From: a virus
Lineage: Duplodnaviria; Caudoviricetes
Length of the DNA: 64,000 nt
Reading direction: 5' to 3' (one strand)
Virus record (IMG/VR): IMGVR_UViG_3300031994_000022
Numbering within the stretch: position 1 is the stretch's first letter; every line of letters begins with the position of its first letter. A program made the translations under genes and the position numbers. This document shows, one piece after another, positions 58,365 through 64,000 of the stretch. The notes beneath the pieces were generated by a model. That model saw only the letters and a program-made list of their open reading frames with translations. It did not search any database and had not been told where the DNA came from.

Positions 58365-59885
58365 AAATGGCGCAGTTGATTGGAGAGTATATGAAAGATA
58401 TTATAGTTATATGTCCTACAGTTAGGATAGCCACTCAAAAATGTAAAGAATTTTTAAATGCAAATAAAGAATACGTGTATCGTTTTAATAAAGCGCAGTT
58501 ATTAGTTGGATTAGCCAATGGGATAAATATTTGTTTCAAAGGCGAAACAGAAGGACAGAGAGCGTTACGAGGAATGCATGCTGATATTATTCAGATAGAT
58601 GAGTTTCCGATGGATTTCAATGAAAACAAAGTTTGATGGGAGATAAATAATGTTACAAATAAAAAACAATAGGTTATTTTATAATACTGGAGATAAAGTA
58701 CATGGTTATGAACTTAGAATAGCAGTAGGAGATTCATTTTGTGGTGCTGATCCTTATAGTAAAGAAGAGTGCTTAGAACTTGAAAAACAATTTCGAGCAG
58801 CTGGATTTGAGACTAGAGTTGCACAACATGGTGAAACTAAAGAATGGTCTGTGGCAATTATAGGATAGAACAAAGTTTGAAAGGGGAATTATATGGAAAA
58901 AGTAGAAGAAAGACAAATTAATTTAAAATTTCATCAGTTTTATTGTGATGAATGTGGAAAGTTTCTTAAAGAAGATTTCGAAGATCAAGAAGGACGATAT
59001 GAAACTCCTGGTAAATTTTTAATCCATTTGAGCTATGGAGATTTTTTTGCAAAAAATCTAGATTATGAATATAAAGGTACATTTTGTGGGGATTGTAAGA
59101 CTAAAAAGTATAAATGGCTAGAAGAACAATTAGTTAAATTGGGGTTTACTAGAGTTTAAAGAGAAAAATAAGTTTGATGGAGGTGTGTATGTTATCTCAA
59201 GCAAATATAGATAAACTTTGTATGACCGGAATATACGAGTGTAAACCTGTACTCAGTTGGATAGAATCTTGGAGAAGAAACGATCCATATCATTGTATCA
59301 ATTGGACTTTTAAAATTGCGGCATATGAGGATCATAATAAATATTACATGCATGACACATATTGGTCTGGTGGTAGCGGTCTTAGTATTGAATTAACAGA
59401 CGATAATTTTGATAAATTCAAGTTATTATTTGATATGAATGATGTTCGTAAAGTAAGTCCACCTGATTTTTATGACTATAATGAAGAAGATAGATGGCAT
59501 GTTGCGTTAGATAGTGCTGGATATCAATTCAGTAGACATTATTATGTGCGGAAAGATGCAAAGAAAAATAAAGAGTTTTTATTAGAAAGATTACAAAATG
59601 AACTTAAATCTTTAAAAGACCAAGTGAGATGGAAAGAAGATGAAATTAAAAAAGTATGGGAGGAAGGTAAATGATAGGTATTAGAACGTCTATGAAATCA
59701 CTTCCGGAGTATTGCGATGATTGTATCTATTATGGGTGTAAACCACATCCATACAAAGGGTGGTCAAATAGTTGTGAATTATGCACACAATGCTTAGATG
59801 ATGATAACGGAGATGAAAACTGGATTTATGACGGAAATGGACGACCTAATAATTGTCCATTGATAGAAATAAAAGAATAGTTTTA

Positions 59886-59932
59886 AAGGATAAAATTAAA
59901 AAATTGACTTTCACTTACTCTTATAATATAAT
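59886..59932 (+). promoter_or_regulatory. SigA-type promoter preceded by the AAGGATAAAATTAA box
   Basis: TTGACT 59904, 17-bp spacer, TATAAT 59927. Confidence 0.8.
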
Positions 59933-59962
59933 TAATAAAAAAGGAAAGAGGGGTGAAGAAAG

Positions 59963-61183
59963 ATGTTAAAGCCGAGACATGAGTTGGAAAGCTGGCTTGC
60001 TAAATCATTTGCCAATATGGAAGATAAAGACAAAAAACAAGAAATATATAACAAGGCTTTATTTGAATATGATTTACCAATAGATATCACTTCAGATATA
60101 CTAACAATGCGTAGAGATTTATCTGAATATAATGACTTTGTCTTGTATATTATTACATCGATTGTGGCAGAAAGCAAGATAAAACAATACTATACAACTA
60201 AAGAAATTAAAATGTATTCCAACTCAAAATACAAAGTGGATAAAATTAAAAAAGATTTACATCTACCAATGTTTGAAGTTACGAACGATCAATGGATAGG
60301 TGCAAACTCCGCCAAGTTCTTAATGCAGCTCAGGGATGCACAACGGATTATCTATAATGCAGACACGCAAAGAGCACTCCAGGTTGTAGTAAGAGGAGGA
60401 AAAGAAATATATAAACCAAGCGTTAACTATAAATCGGTTCAAGAGATAGCAGATGCGTATAGTAAAGGTGAATTTATTCCAAATACCATATCTCTCAATA
60501 TAGATCTTGACGATGAAGATATGGAGCTGATTTACGATGACGAAACAAAAACATTAACAATTAAAAACTTTACCCATTTTGACATCTTCGACGGTTATCA
60601 CCGTTATCTAGCGATGGGAATCAACTATGATACGAATCACAAGTTTGATTATCCAATAGAATTAAGGATAACCAACTTCTCTATTAGTAAGGCTAAACGA
60701 TTTATTTATCAAGAAGACCATAAGACGAAAATGCAAAGGATTGCTGCGGCAACGTACAATACATCCGATTATGGCAATTTGGTTATAGACAAGCTGAATA
60801 ATGGAGATTCCAGCTTTAACTTCTATCATAGTGTCAATCTTAAAGACGGGCTTATTAATTCTGGATACTTATTACAGATTGTCAACGCCTTATACTTTAG
60901 TGGCAATAAGAAAGTAGAACGTAAGGACATAATTAGAATAGCTAAAGAATTAAAGGATAAGATAAATACATTCTCAGAAGAATGTGATGAATATCTGGGA
61001 AGGAAATGGAAGAAATATGAAACGCATGTGATAATATACGGATTGTATAATGATTTCGATACTCAAACAATAGTAAAGGCTGTTAGCAATCTTGCTCCCG
61101 AAACAAAAAAACGAACTGCTGAAGTTGAAAAAATAACACCAACGTATGTAAAAATGTTAAAGGAGGTGTATGATAATGGCTGA
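59963..61183 (+). CDS. ParB/DndB-like (DGQHR-family) protein, SPbeta YopQ-like
   Basis: IPNTISLN...IFDGYHR...FIYQED; directly upstream of the MrpR-like gene. Confidence 0.7.
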   Translation: MLKPRHELESWLAKSFANMEDKDKKQEIYNKALFEYDLPIDITSDILTMRRDLSEYNDFVLYIITSIVAESKIKQYYTTKEIKMYSNSKYKVDKIKKDLHLPMFEVTNDQWIGANSAKFLMQLRDAQRIIYNADTQRALQVVVRGGKEIYKPSVNYKSVQEIADAYSKGEFIPNTISLNIDLDDEDMELIYDDETKTLTIKNFTHFDIFDGYHRYLAMGINYDTNHKFDYPIELRITNFSISKAKRFIYQEDHKTKMQRIAAATYNTSDYGNLVIDKLNNGDSSFNFYHSVNLKDGLINSGYLLQIVNALYFSGNKKVERKDIIRIAKELKDKINTFSEECDEYLGRKWKKYETHVIIYGLYNDFDTQTIVKAVSNLAPETKKRTAEVEKITPTYVKMLKEVYDNG

Positions 61184-62123
61184 ATTTATTACCAAGGAAA
61201 TATACAATTACGATATTAAGACAAGATTTTTACAAGAAATTGATGTAACGAAATATCCGCCACGCTGGTGGGAGAGACTATTCGAGAAGTCATATAAGTT
61301 TGAAAGAAAAAACGGAAAAGATTTATTTGAGTTTACCACTACTGAAATTATTGAGTTTTATAAATACATGAACTCAAAGAGTTTTAATAGTTTAATGGTG
61401 ACGAATATCAATCTAACTAAGTATGGTGAATGGGCATTAGAGAATAATATGATACCTGATAACCAATGTCATTTTTATGAAATAAAAAACGAGACATTAG
61501 TGTCATGCTTAGATAAATCATTCGTTGATAACTGCATTATAAGTTGGGATGATCTAAAAACCAAATCACGAGAGTTAATAAACTTTACTGATGTCTATGT
61601 GGTTTATGCATTATTTGAGGGTATCAAAGGTAAAGACTTTTCTGAAATATGGCAATTAAGAATGTCAGATATAGATCGAGCAAACCATAGAGTCCAACTT
61701 TGTTCCGGACGTAATATAGAAGTGTCGCCAGAGTTTATATCCGTTTGCGAGAATGCTGATAAAGAAAAATTCTTAGTCACCACAAGTGGAACAAAAAGAA
61801 ATTTAACACCTTCTGCGGAGGGATATATATATAAGCAAGCAGCGAATGGTAAGATGGTTAAACCAGGACAGGCTATATATAGAAAAATAATATCATCATT
61901 GCAGTATTTGGGGCTTAATAAAGTTATTACTCCAAACGATATTGTAAAGAGTGGAATGATACATTATCTAAATAAAAAAGCAAAGGAGTTGAATATTACT
62001 GTGGCAGAGTTATTCTCGGATCCTAAATATGTAGAAGAACGTAATAAGATATTGTATAAATATAATTTCAACGTATCAACCAAGACTAGGTTTATGTTAC
62101 AGTACGAGGATTATTTAGTATAA
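61176..62123 (+). CDS. Recombinase-fold repressor (SPbeta MrpR/YopR-like)
   Basis: YNYDIKTRFL start, ALFEGIKGKDFSEIWQLRMSDI and IVKSGMI; integrase fold without the R-HxxR-Y catalytic set. Confidence 0.7.
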   Translation: MAEFITKEIYNYDIKTRFLQEIDVTKYPPRWWERLFEKSYKFERKNGKDLFEFTTTEIIEFYKYMNSKSFNSLMVTNINLTKYGEWALENNMIPDNQCHFYEIKNETLVSCLDKSFVDNCIISWDDLKTKSRELINFTDVYVVYALFEGIKGKDFSEIWQLRMSDIDRANHRVQLCSGRNIEVSPEFISVCENADKEKFLVTTSGTKRNLTPSAEGYIYKQAANGKMVKPGQAIYRKIISSLQYLGLNKVITPNDIVKSGMIHYLNKKAKELNITVAELFSDPKYVEERNKILYKYNFNVSTKTRFMLQYEDYLV

Positions 62124-62171
62124 TTATATAGTGGGTGTTCAGAAGTATCGACACCTACTATATAATTATAC
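62118..62171. repeat. Long inverted repeat (hairpin or terminator) after the MrpR-like gene
   Basis: GTATAATTATATAGTgGGTGT ... ACACCtACTATATAATTATAC. Confidence 0.8.
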
Positions 62172-62172
62172 A

Positions 62173-62218
62173 AAGGATAAAATTAAATGTTGACATATGT
62201 ATATGATTATGTTAATAT
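62173..62218 (+). promoter_or_regulatory. SigA-type promoter preceded by the AAGGATAAAATTAA box
   Basis: TTGACA 62190, 17-bp spacer, TGtTAATAT. Confidence 0.75.
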
Positions 62219-62642
62219 TAATATGTGACGAGGTTTCACTGGGGTGGTAGTTGTAGGTTCGATTCCTACAGGAAGCAATATAATTGAATAAGGCTTTAGA
62301 AAGGAGGGCTTTTATGGGTGATAACGCAAGAAGAACTACAACGTATGCAATGTATTAAATGTAAGCATACCTTTAATATAGGAGAAGCAGCAATTGTTTA
62401 TATAGATTATGCTGGTGTTAAAATACGTGAGAAGAAATGTCCCCAATGTGGGGGAAATTTCAGAGCTATTAGTATTCCACCTGATCTAGATAAATACTTG
62501 TATTGCGATTTAGATAGTAAATATTACCGATAAGGAGAAAATTAAAACTATAAAAATAGAAAATAGTCATTGGATACATACTCTGCCTTATGCAGAGGAG
62601 TTAATTTTTTATACAAAGGAAGAAAAAGGAGGAAATTAAATA

Positions 62643-63563
62643 ATGGCATTTGTAAAAGCTGTTAGAGAAAAAGTTAATGCAAAAGTTATTTTTGTAAGCC
62701 CAAGTGGAGGCGGTAAAACACAAAGTATGTTGGAAATGGCAACTGGTCTTGCAAAAAAAGTTGGAAGCAAAATTGCTTTCATAGGTACTGAAGGTGATAG
62801 AGATAAGTTGTATGCTGGTAAAAAATCTCCACATGGTGATTATACTTATGATTATGATTTATTACAGCTTACCGATTTTTCTCCAGAAAGTTATATTGCA
62901 GCAATAGATGAAGCTATTGATGCAGGATATAAAGTGATTATTGTGGATAGTCTTACGCATGAATGGAAATTTATGAATGATCTTCATGATAAAATGCCCG
63001 GCAATAGTTTTACTAATTGGTCAAAACTCAAACCTAGACATCATAAGCTGAATGAGAAGATTCTTGGAGCACCAGCTCATATCCTGTGTAGTGCAAGAGG
63101 TAAAGACGAATGGGTACTCGAAGAAAAAAATGGTAAGCAAGTGCCTAAGAAAGTTGGTATTGGTTCACAAACAGATAAAGATATTACATTTGAAGTAATG
63201 CTTTCTCTTCAGATAGACCAGGATACTCATATTAGTCATGCCGATAAGGATAATACGGGACTATGGGGTATTGATAGATATTCTGTAGTAACGGCTAAGG
63301 ATGGTGAGGCATTATATGATTGGTGTGAGAGCGGAGCAACACCTGTACCTAAGACCCCATCTATTCAAACAAATGTTGAGAGTTATGAGCCATCAAGTGA
63401 TCTCGATACTATTAAGAAACAGATTATAGCTAAGGCTACAGAACTTGGCGGTAGTAAAAACGCTAAGGTTTCTGCGGTGGCAAAGGAATTAGGAAACCCT
63501 AATAAGATAGATGATATAGAAGATGCTAAAAAATATCTTGAAGCACTTAATAATATAGGATAG
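62643..63563 (+). CDS. AAA-family ATPase (Sak4-like ssDNA-annealing recombinase)
   Basis: SPSGGGKT Walker A and IIVDSLTHEW Walker B; adjacent to SSB. Confidence 0.75.
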   Translation: MAFVKAVREKVNAKVIFVSPSGGGKTQSMLEMATGLAKKVGSKIAFIGTEGDRDKLYAGKKSPHGDYTYDYDLLQLTDFSPESYIAAIDEAIDAGYKVIIVDSLTHEWKFMNDLHDKMPGNSFTNWSKLKPRHHKLNEKILGAPAHILCSARGKDEWVLEEKNGKQVPKKVGIGSQTDKDITFEVMLSLQIDQDTHISHADKDNTGLWGIDRYSVVTAKDGEALYDWCESGATPVPKTPSIQTNVESYEPSSDLDTIKKQIIAKATELGGSKNAKVSAVAKELGNPNKIDDIEDAKKYLEALNNIG

Positions 63564-63581
63564 TAAAGGAGAAAATTAAAC

Positions 63582-64000
63582 ATGAATAAATTTATTTTTG
63601 TTGGAAGACTTGCTGCGCCAGTAGAAACCAGATATAGTGCTGGCGAAAATGCAACATGTATATCGAATTTTAATCTTGCAGTAGATAAGAGATTTAAAAG
63701 AAGAGATGATTCTGACGCTTCGACAGCGGATTTCTTCAGAATTACTTCACTAGGAAAACTTGGGGAATTTGCAGAAAAGTACCTTCAGAAAGGCACAAAG
63801 ATTATAGTTGAAGGACGTGTAGAAAATAACAACTATACCAATAAAGATGGACAGAAGGTGTATGGATTCCAATTTATAGCTGAGAATATCGAATTTGCAG
63901 AGTCTAAGAAGGCTCAGGAAGCAAATGGCGGTTCAGCTCCTACGCCATCAAACAATGATTTTATCAATCAGGGTATTGATGAAAATGAGTTAAAAACTGA
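63582..64000 (+). CDS. ssb: Single-stranded DNA-binding protein, runs off the right edge
   Basis: Manual translation: MNKFIFVGRL...FNLAVDKRF...ADFF...AEKYLQKGTKIIVEGR...NYTNKDGQKVY...IEFAESK. Confidence 0.93.
   Translation, partial: MNKFIFVGRLAAPVETRYSAGENATCISNFNLAVDKRFKRRDDSDASTADFFRITSLGKLGEFAEKYLQKGTKIIVEGRVENNNYTNKDGQKVYGFQFIAENIEFAESKKAQEANGGSAPTPSNNDFINQGIDENELKT

Larger units (their letters stand above)
46805..59886 (+). repeat. Cluster 2 of intergenic ATNAAA-N6-TTTNAW sites (17 copies)
   Basis: Sites start at 46805, 49541, 49952, 50135, 52183, 52575, 52827, 53384, 53809, 54106, 54343, 54588, 55712, 58620, 58865, 59161 and 59869; an isolated copy lies at 39501. Confidence 0.9.

Noticed and set aside
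18651-63583. Numerous minus-strand ORFs in the early region
   Set aside because: Hydrophobic antisense shadows of A-rich plus-strand genes, without RBSs.
1-64000. Stop-codon recoding, or reverse-transcriptase systems (DGR, retron)
   Set aside because: Long genes are uninterrupted in code 11 and all three stops are used; no RT motifs are present in the window.

Overview
A 64-kb segment of a large, AT-rich, SPbeta-like tailed phage or prophage of a Firmicutes host (probably Clostridia/Lachnospiraceae; the host is inferred). The left arm (1-17.3 kb, minus strand) is a late/packaging block: CI-like repressor, RepL-like protein with iterons, YonO-like single-subunit RNA polymerase, HU, phosphoesterase, amidase, two atypical tRNAs, terminase, portal and prohead protease/scaffold. 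The right arm (17.5-64 kb, plus strand) is an early block of more than 100 mostly small genes, including a tyrosine recombinase, RNA ligase, vWA plus divergent adenylosuccinate synthetase, YopQ/MrpR-like regulators, an AAA ATPase and SSB. Two features stand out. (1) A ~1.8-kb tract with no credible ORF between portal and protease is built from many different small RNA modules, mostly H-type pseudoknots, several duplicated with pairing-preserving changes. One closely resembles the type III antitoxin CptI as I recall it, so the tract may be a polycistronic array of decoy RNA antitoxins. (2) About 35 copies of an 18-bp pseudo-palindrome, ATNAAA-N6-TTTNAW, sit between the stop codon and RBS of consecutive small genes, flanking an intact tyrosine recombinase, like an integron-style cassette array. 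All calls come from reading motifs by eye; no searches were run.
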